In this document: positions 8,749 to 18,495 of the stretch, in pieces
How the letters are laid out: every line of letters begins with the position of its first letter
Numbering within the stretch: the first letter of the stretch is position 1
Sequence record: OR885871
DNA length: 64,000 bases
From: Escherichia phage vB_EcoM_JN03
Strand: one strand, 5' to 3'
The notes under the pieces: generated by a model
Told to the model about the DNA's origin: nothing
Seen by the model: the letters and a program-made list of their open reading frames with translations, nothing else
Databases searched by the model: none
Translations under genes and position numbers: made by a program

Positions 8749-9984
8749 TCAGCGCTTCAACAAAGACATGAGGTTTACACTGGTCGACTTCGGATTGTCC
8801 TCTATCTTTCGGACGGGCATTTTCAGATTAGTGTAAACCTCAGATGGTTCCCAACGCGTACCCTGCTGTAAATGCCATATATGTAGAGGAACACCCGTCT
8901 CAAAGAACACAGGCATCTTCCACTTCTGGACGCCAGGAACGTGCCCTGCAGGAGCTTTTTCGCACAACAGGGTATCTGGTAGCCAGAGTGAACGGGCTTC
9001 CCATAATGCCTTACAGGAGTATTCAGGCCAAATACGTTCCATATAATCGATCTCGTCCCATGTACGCTCGGCGTCCCACCCGATGTAACGGGTATTCTTC
9101 AGTCGGAAGAATTTCTTCAGCCAACAAGCACCGGAGGTCTCAAAGTTCAGACGATTGATAAACGTGATGTGGCCAAACTCTTCAACGCATTCCTGAAACG
9201 CTTTCTCAAGGTCGGTTTCGAGTATATCACATTCTTCGTCTGTAATAGGACAACCGTTAATCTTTTTCTTCCCGTGCTTGGTCACCCAATCATCACGGTT
9301 GGATAAGAATGCCGCGCCGTTACGATTGGATTCGCTACCATCACGGTCACGCAACATGAAACCAGGGACGTCTATATCCCATATGTTACCGAAGACCATG
9401 TTCAGGGCTTCCAGGAAGTTCCATGCGCTCAGGCGACCGAAGTATTTCCATGACATCGCCGTATTCCACAGTTCAGTGAACTGGTCTTCCTTGGTAGTGC
9501 ATTCCAACATCCAACGAAAAGAATCCATTTGGGTTTTACCACCCAACCAATCGATATAGGACTGAACGCACGGAATCATCTTCGACTTACGATAACGACA
9601 ATCTGTATCGAAGCGCATACGATCAAAGTTCAGGTTATACCAATCAGAAAATCGCTGAAACTCTTTCGGAGATTGTGGGGGTACAGGAAATTCACTGTAA
9701 ATTGTCCATGGTCCAATCCCATTATAGCAACAACCCCACAAAAAGGCCATCCAAATCTTGCGCTCGATCTTCTCGAGCTGTGTGATGCCTTCTGTAACCT
9801 CTATGGCATAATCCATCAGACGGACTTGCTGGTTATGCTCTTCAGTGTAGGATAGCGCCTCCACCCATGCCTTGAGCAGGTACATGCGATTTTCTGGCTT
9901 ACGATAATCTACTGCCAGATCAATCGGGTATTTCCATTTTTCAGGGGCTTTATACCCCTGCGGCATTTTAGACAGATGCGTCAT
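8749..9984 (-). CDS. Trp-rich enzyme-sized protein, candidate aGPT-Pplase-like thymidine hypermodification enzyme
   Basis: 411-aa Trp/Tyr-rich ORF; sits 0.5 kb from a P-loop kinase and HAD phosphatase; assignment is by context and composition only. Confidence 0.3.
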   Translation of the reverse strand: MTHLSKMPQGYKAPEKWKYPIDLAVDYRKPENRMYLLKAWVEALSYTEEHNQQVRLMDYAIEVTEGITQLEKIERKIWMAFLWGCCYNGIGPWTIYSEFPVPPQSPKEFQRFSDWYNLNFDRMRFDTDCRYRKSKMIPCVQSYIDWLGGKTQMDSFRWMLECTTKEDQFTELWNTAMSWKYFGRLSAWNFLEALNMVFGNIWDIDVPGFMLRDRDGSESNRNGAAFLSNRDDWVTKHGKKKINGCPITDEECDILETDLEKAFQECVEEFGHITFINRLNFETSGACWLKKFFRLKNTRYIGWDAERTWDEIDYMERIWPEYSCKALWEARSLWLPDTLLCEKAPAGHVPGVQKWKMPVFFETGVPLHIWHLQQGTRWEPSEVYTNLKMPVRKIEDNPKSTSVNLMSLLKR

Positions 9985-10318
9985 CCTTCACCTCGGCTTC
10001 GAGTTGGATATCTTCGGGGCTTACTACGGGCTGTCCCAGAGACCAGATAGGCAGGAAACGACGATCATTCGTCACCAACCAAATTTGCTTGGCGGTTTTC
10101 GTCTTTTCGGAAATAAAATGCTGGGCATTGACTTGGGTACGAGCCAAACCCACCTGACGCCAAGAACCGAAATCCTTAGAAGAAGGATTGGTATTCAGTT
10201 GAAATTGTGGGACGATTTTATTCTGTTCCGGATAATAACGGACAGCGTTAATCATCTTCGCATCACCACGGTAATCAATAGCAACAGCGACAACGTTGCG
10301 TGGAATGAGGATTTTCAT
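9968..10318 (-). CDS. hypothetical protein (116 aa)
   Basis: ORF in array. Confidence 0.4.
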   Translation of the reverse strand: MKILIPRNVVAVAIDYRGDAKMINAVRYYPEQNKIVPQFQLNTNPSSKDFGSWRQVGLARTQVNAQHFISEKTKTAKQIWLVTNDRRFLPIWSLGQPVVSPEDIQLEAEVKDDASV

Positions 10319-10319
10319 T

Positions 10320-10523
10320 TTAATTCCTTTTGAAACTCTGAATTATGTTATAGACGAAAGGCGTTAATAAGATAGCACCCCCCAAATAATATAACGCGTA
10401 AACGTTCAATATTTCGGTTGAATCCAACTCAACGATGCCCAAATATTTCATGACACCGACAAGCACAGCTGTGATACACATCACCAATCCGACGAACACA
10501 AAATATTTAGACATCTGTTTCAT
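10320..10523 (-). CDS. small membrane protein (67 aa)
   Basis: Hydrophobic ORF with two predicted TM segments. Confidence 0.35.
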   Translation of the reverse strand: MKQMSKYFVFVGLVMCITAVLVGVMKYLGIVELDSTEILNVYALYYLGGAILLTPFVYNIIQSFKRN

Positions 10524-10525
10524 TT

Positions 10526-11431
10526 CTAACCCTTACTCAACAGGCCGAGAAGGGATACAGAGGACTTTGTTACCTCTCCCTTGGCGCTCGCCTTGGTTTT
10601 AGATTTGGTCGCCTTCTCAGGGACTCGATGCGCTAGAGGATCATCCCCACCGACTTCACGCGTCATTGGGTCAGTTTCACAGAATCCGTAGAAATCTTTG
10701 ATGTCCAGACCCATGGCGTGAAACTCACCACGCATTTGATGATGAATAGCGTTGCCAATCACCCACAAAGGTGCATCAAACGGCATCATGGCTAATTCGC
10801 TATCATTTCCTGTTTTGAATTCTTGAGTGTTTGTAGACGATTGGCGATACAACACGTCTTGACCGCTGTAATCATTGACCACCACTTCCCAACCCAGCAC
10901 CAGCATTTCAGTCTTCGACTTCTCAAACTCCTTGGAGTAAGATTCGTTGCGTGACCAGCCGGAGTCCCCTGCTTCCTTACCAGAGCGACCACGGATGCGA
11001 GCATCATACTGATAGCGGTCAGGGTATGCAAAATAAAGCAACGCCAGTGATTCAATCGGATAGTTCTTGAACATCCATTCAGGACGCCATTTATCCGACA
11101 ACATGAGGGGTTCACCCTCGCACACCAAAGTGTAACCCTGAGCCAGCCAGCCTTTGACCAGATCACGGGCGATATCACCCGAGCCTGTGGCGGCGTGGAT
11201 GGCGTCCATGGAAGTCCAGGAAGCCAGACCGGATTTGTTGGACACAGTATACTGGCCAACGAAGATTAACTTCAGCTCTTCGAATTTCAGACCGAATGGG
11301 CGCGTCTTGTCACCAATGGTGTAGGTGAGTTCAGTAGGCTCCAGCTTAGTTCGGAGCCATTCGATGAACTGGACCACTCTCGTACCCTTGCCCACGCCAC
11401 TTGTTCCCTTCACTACAATTATTTTAGCCAT
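10526..11431 (-). CDS. P-loop kinase (candidate 5-hydroxymethyl-dU DNA kinase or nucleotide/polynucleotide kinase)
   Basis: Walker A motif VVKGTSGVGKGT at residues 6-17; 301 aa. Confidence 0.5.
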   Translation of the reverse strand: MAKIIVVKGTSGVGKGTRVVQFIEWLRTKLEPTELTYTIGDKTRPFGLKFEELKLIFVGQYTVSNKSGLASWTSMDAIHAATGSGDIARDLVKGWLAQGYTLVCEGEPLMLSDKWRPEWMFKNYPIESLALLYFAYPDRYQYDARIRGRSGKEAGDSGWSRNESYSKEFEKSKTEMLVLGWEVVVNDYSGQDVLYRQSSTNTQEFKTGNDSELAMMPFDAPLWVIGNAIHHQMRGEFHAMGLDIKDFYGFCETDPMTREVGGDDPLAHRVPEKATKSKTKASAKGEVTKSSVSLLGLLSKG

Positions 11432-11772
11432 TATGCATCTTCCTCAATACGCCAGCTCACACCGCCCATCCATGGTGCCCAGAACACAGCAACCTGTGGG
11501 CGGCCATTCTCTTCAAACTTCACTTTATACTGGTCGTCGAAGTTATAGAAAATTTCATCGTCATCTGGTGCCATACCGTTTTCTATCAGAACACGCTTTA
11601 ACTCCAGCGCCGCACCAACGGAAGTGGGTGTGGTTTGTTTACGAATGAAGTTGTTCACATGGATAATAACGCCATCCATATCGCTATCACCGGAACGCTT
11701 GTCTGGGGTTTCCCCAAACTTGGATTGTTCTTGCACGATGTCCTCCTCAATGGACGTATTGATAATGGCCAA
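11431..11772 (-). CDS. hypothetical protein (113 aa)
   Basis: ORF in array. Confidence 0.4.
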   Translation of the reverse strand: MAIINTSIEEDIVQEQSKFGETPDKRSGDSDMDGVIIHVNNFIRKQTTPTSVGAALELKRVLIENGMAPDDDEIFYNFDDQYKVKFEENGRPQVAVFWAPWMGGVSWRIEEDA

Positions 11773-12529
11773 TCAGGCGGTTCACCACTTCGACAATATT
11801 GCGGTTCAGGAAGTCGAAGTGGTTCTGGCCTTCTACTGGTTTAATATAAAGCATATCTTCCGAGTTCGAAAGATCCAGTTTTTCATAATTTCCCTGAGGA
11901 ACAAAGATGACAAAAATATTGTTCATCGCACAGGGTTCAACGTATTTCGGGTTATCATCAATTAAAACATCACCTGCCAAAAGATGCTTTTCGTCGGTGC
12001 TGACAAACCCGTTGAAGATGCCAGGGAACTTGTCATAGACAAACTGGCGCTTGCTGCGCTCGTGTTCTGGCTCACACTTAGATACTGCGATCAATTCAAC
12101 ATTTTCAAAGTCTTCGAGAAGGATCTTCTTCAGATTCACCAGGAACTCGTAAGCGCCTGGAAGCGGGTTCATCTTGGCATACAGGTCCGGCATGCGCCAC
12201 CAATCCATAGGATCACGTCCTGTAGGTGAATCCATCCATTGACCAGCAACAAACACACGGCGCGTCAACCATGCTGGGTGAGCGCGTTCCCGCATGAGGA
12301 TCGCCAAATCACCAGCATGAGCCATATAGCACTCTTTGGTGATACGCTGGAAATCATTGGGATAATCATGACAACCCATGTTTTCAGCAGCAGCTTTTGA
12401 ATTGGAAATATTAAACCAATCCACCCAAGGGGAGAGGCTATCAACCAAAGTCAAGTCTACGTCTACCAGGATACGATACATTCCACCGATTTTAGAATTG
12501 GCATCATACAGACCAACATGATTATTCAT
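11747..12529 (-). CDS. HAD-superfamily phosphatase-like protein
   Basis: Start set at MNNHVGLYD; HAD motif I VDVDLTLVD (DxDxT) and C-terminal LIDDNPKY aspartate motif. Confidence 0.45.
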   Translation of the reverse strand: MNNHVGLYDANSKIGGMYRILVDVDLTLVDSLSPWVDWFNISNSKAAAENMGCHDYPNDFQRITKECYMAHAGDLAILMRERAHPAWLTRRVFVAGQWMDSPTGRDPMDWWRMPDLYAKMNPLPGAYEFLVNLKKILLEDFENVELIAVSKCEPEHERSKRQFVYDKFPGIFNGFVSTDEKHLLAGDVLIDDNPKYVEPCAMNNIFVIFVPQGNYEKLDLSNSEDMLYIKPVEGQNHFDFLNRNIVEVVNRLIGHYQYVH

Positions 12530-12884
12530 CAGACTTCTCCACTTGATCATAACCAGTTGCGGTGCATTGCTCTTCTGTGCAATCTGCATACAGAACCACA
12601 GAAGATTCCTTCACGTAAGTGGTACAGTGATAGGTTTCATCTTCCTGGATGGAATCGTCATAATTGCAAACAGTTTGCAACGGACCAGGAGTGGTGTTGT
12701 CCAAAGCTGCATGTGCCTTGATGGTGTCTTCCATCTTATTCACCGCTTGCTGATTGGTGAACGTCGGCGCATCGAGGTCAACCGAATCCAGAAGAGTTGC
12801 ACATGCTGACAATGAAAACGCCATGGTCGTCACAGCGAACACCTGCATGATTTTGTGAAAAAGGACATCTTTTTTAAGTTTCAT
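12522..12884 (-). CDS. putative lipoprotein
   Basis: Start at MKLKK; signal peptide ending in lipobox-like LSAC; Cys-rich mature part. Confidence 0.45.
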   Translation of the reverse strand: MKLKKDVLFHKIMQVFAVTTMAFSLSACATLLDSVDLDAPTFTNQQAVNKMEDTIKAHAALDNTTPGPLQTVCNYDDSIQEDETYHCTTYVKESSVVLYADCTEEQCTATGYDQVEKSDE

Positions 12885-12944
12885 AACAATACCTGTTGTC
12901 AAAGGGATAACAGGGGGAATTATATCCCCCTTTGGTTTATTGAA

Positions 12945-15941
12945 TCAACCTTTCTTGCCCATCATGGACAACAGGTTAACTCGACGTTTATGAGACCAAC
13001 CAACCACATCCAAGATAGACTGAATTGGCTCTATAAAGGTCTTTTCAAACGTGGTGTGGTAATCCACCCATTTATCCAATCCCAATTCTGGAGGAAGGAA
13101 GTCAGGGAAGGCTATGCGATCATTCCCCACAGGATTGCCAGGTTTCAGGTTGATGATTTTAACCTTATCACCGGATTCGATAGGCGGAAGACCGAGATCT
13201 TCGTGCTTATCGATCAGCTTGTTGTACATAATACAAGCCTTGGCAGCGAAGTGCGTACCGCTGATGTAATTCCCGTTCGCGTCTAACCACTTCTCAATAT
13301 CGCTTACACCAGATGCCTGAGCGATATCATCCACGGTGAGTTCCATATATTCCTTTTTGTATCCAGCGATTAATTCCTGAACCTCTGCCTCAGTACCGAG
13401 CAGGACTTTCTCATAACATTTAACCAGACGCTCACGACACCACTCAGGAGTGGTTGATTTACGCGCTTCCAAACCTTTGAATTTGATCTTTGGCTTCTCA
13501 TACTTGATGCCTTCGCTATCGTATACTGCCATGCAATACATCTTCTTGGCTCGCCATACAGCAGACGATGCGATGACCTCACGTTCCCAGACCATGCGCT
13601 GCTCAAACCCGTTCATGGTATTACACAACAACTGCGCCCATTCACTGGTTTTTGGCTGGTAATTCTCTTTGATCCATTGGTCAATGTTATCAACAAGTTT
13701 GTGATGGTCCTTTTCTTCAGGCCACAATTGCTTGACCAGGCGTTCAATGCAAATGTAGTTGGAGTCTGTATCACCTGCGATAACAAAATCCTGACCAGTG
13801 GTGCCACAAAGTTTGTTCAGATAATCATCAGTGTGGCGTTTGTTCCATTTATTGATCAGCTGGCCGGAAGTGGTAATTGCTTCAGCGATGTTGATGTTGA
13901 AGTATTCTTTAAACCAGACGTTAGAAATTGCACCATATCCTGCGTTCATCAAGATCTTCAGACCTTGTTGTAACGTATCTTGGGCAACTCCCAAATCTTC
14001 CCACTTGTGCATGACTTCAGTCAGGTGATCAAGGTCGATATGCTTGTGTTCTTCATACCATTCAGGATCGTAGAAACGAGACTTCATGGCAGATTCAAGG
14101 TGGAAATCACCTTTAGACATTTCCTTACACCAACCAGCCCATTGCTCATACTTCAGGCCAGTTGCTTTCTCGCCTTTACGGTCAGCGTATATGCCTCGCA
14201 TAATTTCGGAAAGGAAGGACATCTTCTCATTACTGAAGAACTGAACGTTCGGGGTAAACGAAACGTTATAACGGCGTAACGTTTCAAAATGGAATTCACC
14301 CAGCGCGACCAATTCATCAACAACTTGTATGCGTTCATCAATAGCACGCTGCAGCTTGTCGTGAAGATTTTTGAGATGACGGCGCTTGTTCATAGGCGTT
14401 GTCATATCATTCATCGCTTTGGTCAATTCTTCACACATGGACTCAATGATATCGCGACGTGTGTGCTTATCAGAAACAATAGTCTCAGGACCAAGGTTGT
14501 ATTGCTGTATGATGTGGGGATACAGGGAGTTTAAGTCCTCAGAGAATACCCAGAAATATATCCCTGGTGCAACCTCCATGACATATGCGCCTTCAAAGTC
14601 CGTTGGACCATCATATACACGCTGTATTTTAGGGACAATCCCCTTTTCATAAAGACGATAGTAACACATCGCCAGCCATGGTGCTACAGTCCCAAGACCG
14701 TCTTCATAGTTAGATTTGGTGCGATACGCCAATACGAACATCAGCTGTATCAAACGCAGCTTTTGTTCTAAACGCCACACGAGTTTGACGTCTTTGATAC
14801 CATATCGGGTGTGTTTGCAATAATCATTAAAATATAGATCATACAATGACTTGCTTTCACTATAATCCAACTTCTTCTCACCGAGTTCACAATAAGCGAT
14901 CCAATCCAGTGAGTATTTTTCGCGGGTTGTGTACGTGTGTTTCTTGTAAACTTGCATGTAGTCCATCATAGGACAACCCACGAATTGATAAGAAGTCACG
15001 TCGCCTTTACGGTCTTTGATGAAACGTTTCTTGAGTTTGCCCCAAGGACTGAGGCGCTCTGCCTGGGTTTCGCCGAGAACCTGCGTAATACGTTCAACCA
15101 AGTACGGGCTATCAAACGTTTCGATGTTCCAGCCAGTCCAACCATCAAATTGACGTTCAGACCAATAATCTAAGAAGGCGCGAAGAAGTTCTTGTTCAGT
15201 CGTGTATTCTTTGTATTCAACCTCAAGACCACCTATCTCTTCATCATTTGGATCATATTTGAATTTATGGCGATCCTTAGAGCACGGCATACCCCAGACA
15301 TAGAACTTGTTGGTGTTCATGTCTTGAAGCTGGATGAGCGTAATAGGGAAGGCGGCATTCATGTTCTGTGTGATCTTACCATTACTATCAATGATAGGGA
15401 ACTGGTCAGTCACGTTGTTAGAAATAAAGGAACCTGGAAAATGCTCTCGAACGAAATCATGGTTGGCCAACACTTGCTTATGGAATCGGCGAACACGCGC
15501 CTCGCTCCCCTTAAACGTGTGGGATTCAATCGTCGCGTGAGGAAATGGACCTTTAGTCATTTCTCCATCGCGCCACCCAGCCGAGAAAACTTCGATATCC
15601 ACGTTGGCGATGTGAATATTTGAGTAATCGGGGGTAATCATCCCAGGAAAACTATGCGCTATGAATTGATATGCATAATCCGTTTGTCCGTAAACGGCAG
15701 CGCCTTCGACCTCCTTATACTCCTCCAGATAGTTGTCGGCATCACGCATTGACGCAAATTTTTTAGACACCAACGGTTCATTGAGGAGGCCAATCTTTTC
15801 AACTTTGGAATAATCGGCTGTGGGTAAATACAAGGTGGGTTCGAATTTCTTACGCAACATACGGCGATTGCCGTTGTCGTCTGCAATACGAATCAGAAGG
15901 TCGTTACCCTGTCGGGCAACGTTCGTATAGAAAACAGTCAT
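12945..15941 (-). CDS. 43: DNA polymerase, family B (T4 gp43-type)
   Basis: 999 aa from MTVFYTNV; motif C VIAGDTDSNY and exonuclease-type N-terminal half; N-terminus resembles T4 gp43. Confidence 0.85.
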   Translation of the reverse strand: MTVFYTNVARQGNDLLIRIADDNGNRRMLRKKFEPTLYLPTADYSKVEKIGLLNEPLVSKKFASMRDADNYLEEYKEVEGAAVYGQTDYAYQFIAHSFPGMITPDYSNIHIANVDIEVFSAGWRDGEMTKGPFPHATIESHTFKGSEARVRRFHKQVLANHDFVREHFPGSFISNNVTDQFPIIDSNGKITQNMNAAFPITLIQLQDMNTNKFYVWGMPCSKDRHKFKYDPNDEEIGGLEVEYKEYTTEQELLRAFLDYWSERQFDGWTGWNIETFDSPYLVERITQVLGETQAERLSPWGKLKKRFIKDRKGDVTSYQFVGCPMMDYMQVYKKHTYTTREKYSLDWIAYCELGEKKLDYSESKSLYDLYFNDYCKHTRYGIKDVKLVWRLEQKLRLIQLMFVLAYRTKSNYEDGLGTVAPWLAMCYYRLYEKGIVPKIQRVYDGPTDFEGAYVMEVAPGIYFWVFSEDLNSLYPHIIQQYNLGPETIVSDKHTRRDIIESMCEELTKAMNDMTTPMNKRRHLKNLHDKLQRAIDERIQVVDELVALGEFHFETLRRYNVSFTPNVQFFSNEKMSFLSEIMRGIYADRKGEKATGLKYEQWAGWCKEMSKGDFHLESAMKSRFYDPEWYEEHKHIDLDHLTEVMHKWEDLGVAQDTLQQGLKILMNAGYGAISNVWFKEYFNINIAEAITTSGQLINKWNKRHTDDYLNKLCGTTGQDFVIAGDTDSNYICIERLVKQLWPEEKDHHKLVDNIDQWIKENYQPKTSEWAQLLCNTMNGFEQRMVWEREVIASSAVWRAKKMYCMAVYDSEGIKYEKPKIKFKGLEARKSTTPEWCRERLVKCYEKVLLGTEAEVQELIAGYKKEYMELTVDDIAQASGVSDIEKWLDANGNYISGTHFAAKACIMYNKLIDKHEDLGLPPIESGDKVKIINLKPGNPVGNDRIAFPDFLPPELGLDKWVDYHTTFEKTFIEPIQSILDVVGWSHKRRVNLLSMMGKKG

Positions 15942-16020
15942 TGTTTGTCTCCGGTTAACCGTGCCGTTAGCACGTCCCCGTAATTTAGCCGAGGAACGTT
16001 CAATGACCAAGGAGTTTATT

Positions 16021-16593
16021 ATGGCAATCCCCTTTGTGAGTATGATCCCAGGGGCGCTAAAGCAACTCTGGAATCTTGGGACTGATTTGGTGCAATACAA
16101 GCGGGAAATTGTTCAGGCTAAACACGATGTAAAGCTGGAGGCTATCAAGTCCTCCTCAGATTGGGAGCTGTCTAAGATCACCGAAGTCGGCGGGTCTTGG
16201 AAAGATGAATTCTGGACTATCGTATTAGCTGTTCCCGCTATCCTTGTAATGATCGCTCCGGTTGTAGAACTTCTAATGTTCCCCACCGAGTATCATAAAG
16301 GGGATTTCATCAAAGCAGTAATTGGTGGTATGCAAGCCCTTGAAACAGCACCTGATTGGTATACAGCTTCATTATTGACAGCAATTAGTGCATCATTCGG
16401 TATCAAGGGGTATAACCATTACAAAAGCAACAGCCGGAAGGCGCAAGCTGTGGATGCTCTCAAGCAGTTTGGGGTCAAAGTGGTTAACAAAGATCCCACT
16501 GTTGTTACTCAGTCGGGTTCTCCCGATCTTGAGTCTGCTCCCCCAGCTGGGTCTACTGCGACCTCTGGTGCGTGGCCTGATCTGAAGAAATAA
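16021..16593 (+). CDS. membrane protein (190 aa, one central TM helix)
   Basis: AGGAG RBS before ATG at 16021; hydrophobic segment FWTIVLAVPAILVMIAPVV. Confidence 0.45.
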   Translation: MAIPFVSMIPGALKQLWNLGTDLVQYKREIVQAKHDVKLEAIKSSSDWELSKITEVGGSWKDEFWTIVLAVPAILVMIAPVVELLMFPTEYHKGDFIKAVIGGMQALETAPDWYTASLLTAISASFGIKGYNHYKSNSRKAQAVDALKQFGVKVVNKDPTVVTQSGSPDLESAPPAGSTATSGAWPDLKK

Positions 16594-16635
16594 GTTCAAG
16601 GGGAGGAAACTCCCCTTTCTTTTGGTGTTTAGGGA

Positions 16636-16848
16636 ATGAAAGTGGTAAACAAGAGATTGCTCGTCACCCAAGGCGGGGCGACGATAGTGAGAGGAAGGAT
16701 TTACGAACAGATTCAGCTGGGTGATCATAAGACACGCCTGACTGTCAAAGCACCGGACGGCGGATGGCCCACAAAGGTGGTTGTCCCCGACGGCCTCATA
16801 GAACGAGGGACAGCAGTGTACAAAGGAGCAGAGTTCAAAATTTATTAA
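16636..16848 (+). CDS. hypothetical protein (70 aa)
   Basis: ORF. Confidence 0.4.
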   Translation: MKVVNKRLLVTQGGATIVRGRIYEQIQLGDHKTRLTVKAPDGGWPTKVVVPDGLIERGTAVYKGAEFKIY

Positions 16849-16866
16849 AATATTTATTGAATAAAG

Positions 16867-16894
16867 TTTACTTCTTCAATAACTGGCGTATACT
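16867..16894 (+). promoter_or_regulatory. sigma70-like early promoter (TTTACT-16 nt-TATACT)
   Basis: Near-identical to the element at 62947-62974; 50 nt upstream of ATG 16944. Confidence 0.45.
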
Positions 16895-16943
16895 TCTAAT
16901 TGTAGTACGAACAAACAACAATCTGAAGAGAAGGAAATACATC

Positions 16944-17501
16944 ATGGCAATCGAAATTATCGCTCAATCCAAATCCGGCAAAACTGTATTGTTCGGCACC
17001 GAAGAAGGCCGTGTAATCACCACTTTGGGCACAGTTGACGGCAGCAACCCCGTAAAAGGCGGTCGCTTCCTGGTTGAGTACGGTTCTCGTGTCGTGATGG
17101 TAAGTAAAATTGATGGGCGTGATATCACTGCTCCTCGTCAAGAATTCTTTGATTCACGTTCTGCCGCCATGCAATTCTTTTTCTTCCAGAAACGTCACGA
17201 ACTGTTCGTTGAAGCGAAAGACGCAGGTCTGGACGACGCAACGGCTGAGCTGATTGCCGAAGGTAAAATGACTCTTGAGACTGCTCTGGGAGACATGGAT
17301 TGCGAAGCCGAAGCGCATTATATTGAATATTCCGCATATCAGAACGAATGTGAAGATGATCCGGAAGATGATGGATTTGACCCAGACCTACACGGTGGAG
17401 AGGATGACAATACTCCTTCTCTGGAAGTTATCATGGCAGGTGGTCAGGCCGCTTGGGAATGGCAGAATGAAAAGAACGCATGGTTGGATTCCCGTATCTA
17501 A
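16944..17501 (+). CDS. hypothetical protein with strongly acidic C-terminal region
   Basis: Start at MAIEIIAQS, 50 nt downstream of sigma70-like promoter; terminator hairpin directly after stop. Confidence 0.5.
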   Translation: MAIEIIAQSKSGKTVLFGTEEGRVITTLGTVDGSNPVKGGRFLVEYGSRVVMVSKIDGRDITAPRQEFFDSRSAAMQFFFFQKRHELFVEAKDAGLDDATAELIAEGKMTLETALGDMDCEAEAHYIEYSAYQNECEDDPEDDGFDPDLHGGEDDNTPSLEVIMAGGQAAWEWQNEKNAWLDSRI

Positions 17502-17508
17502 ATGACTG

Positions 17509-17535
17509 AAGCCCCTTCGGGGGCTTACTTTGAAC
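17509..17535 (+). terminator. rho-independent terminator
   Basis: AAGCCCC-TTCG-GGGGCTT hairpin plus T-rich tail. Confidence 0.55.
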
Positions 17536-17549
17536 TGAAGGACTATATC

Positions 17550-18092
17550 ATGAGCACCCCAAAAACTCCTGTTCGTATTGCCGTCGAGCCTCTGCTGGTT
17601 GATGCTGAGAATGCTGCTGAGCAGTACGCGAACAAAGTCATCAAGAACATAATGGACGATCTGGCATCCAACGGCTGGGACGTCGAGAAGTGCGCTCCGT
17701 GGCCATCTTCGGTTGGTGTCAAGTTTGGTGATCCAGATTACCAACGAATGAAATCAAAACATGCGCTCTACCGTTCTTTGACCCAGGCAGTGAATCCTTC
17801 TTACATACCTGGGAAGCCGGATATTGTCAAAGCTGATCCTGAGCGCCATGCTCTGTTTGTCAAAGAAGCACGTCGAAACGCTGCGATGCAATATGAGTCT
17901 TTCATTTGTAAACTGGAAGACAAAATTGGTGGGCACAGCGCGGCTGTGCTGAATGGTTCCCATATATGGGGTTATTCAATCCTAACCGTGACTACACCAG
18001 AGGGGATCGAGCGCTGGAAGACTCAGACGATTATCAATGTGTCCAAGCTGGGCAAACTCTTTAACCAATATCCAACGAGGAAGGTGAAATGA
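17550..18092 (+). CDS. hypothetical protein (180 aa)
   Basis: Start at MSTPKTPV with AAGGA RBS; the 17502 start would lie inside the upstream terminator hairpin. Confidence 0.5.
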   Translation: MSTPKTPVRIAVEPLLVDAENAAEQYANKVIKNIMDDLASNGWDVEKCAPWPSSVGVKFGDPDYQRMKSKHALYRSLTQAVNPSYIPGKPDIVKADPERHALFVKEARRNAAMQYESFICKLEDKIGGHSAAVLNGSHIWGYSILTVTTPEGIERWKTQTIINVSKLGKLFNQYPTRKVK

Positions 18093-18463
18093 TGAAAAAC
18101 TTCGCACAAGAATTACAGACTACGATTGACCAGGCTCAGATTTGGGAAGCCATGGGGATAGTTGAAAAAGCCGTTGATATCTTTGTTTGCAAAATGAAGA
18201 AGCAACTCGTTTCCCAAGCAAATCGCGGAGTTGAAATTGATGACATGGTGTACGCTGTTGGTGGCCACAGGTTTGACGAAATATTAACAGCATTTGAACA
18301 GGCATATAAGTCTCAAAAATACCCAACAGACAAGCAAGTCGAAAAGTTCAAAACATTGTTGGCGGCGAGTCTTCTGAAGGAAGGTTTGAAGTTCGAATTA
18401 CACAAGGATGAAAGAACAGATGTCGTAACAATGAGATTCACAGTACACACAAACGATATCTAA
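18089..18463 (+). CDS. hypothetical protein (124 aa)
   Basis: ORF with GAAGGTGA RBS; start overlaps upstream stop. Confidence 0.5.
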   Translation: MMKNFAQELQTTIDQAQIWEAMGIVEKAVDIFVCKMKKQLVSQANRGVEIDDMVYAVGGHRFDEILTAFEQAYKSQKYPTDKQVEKFKTLLAASLLKEGLKFELHKDERTDVVTMRFTVHTNDI

Positions 18464-18495
18464 AACAAAGGGGCATTAAGCCCCTTTGTTTATTT
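18461..18495. terminator. bidirectional terminator between convergent genes
   Basis: CAAAGGGG-CATTAAG-CCCCTTTG hairpin flanked by A-run and T-run. Confidence 0.6.

Noticed and set aside
12913-12930. GGGGGA-ATTATA-TCCCCC hairpin as a terminator for the DNA polymerase gene
   Set aside because: The T-run follows it on the plus strand, not on the minus strand where the polymerase is transcribed. It is more likely a 5'-UTR element of the downstream lipoprotein gene.
12945-15941. Possible intein or intron in the DNA polymerase, which is ~100 aa longer than T4 gp43
   Set aside because: There is no Cys/Ser-to-HN-Thr bounded insert and the reading frame is continuous; the extra length appears spread over the protein.
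17502-17549. ATG at 17502 as start of the 17502-18092 ORF
   Set aside because: Those codons encode the terminator hairpin of the upstream gene; the ATG at 17550 has an AAGGA RBS.
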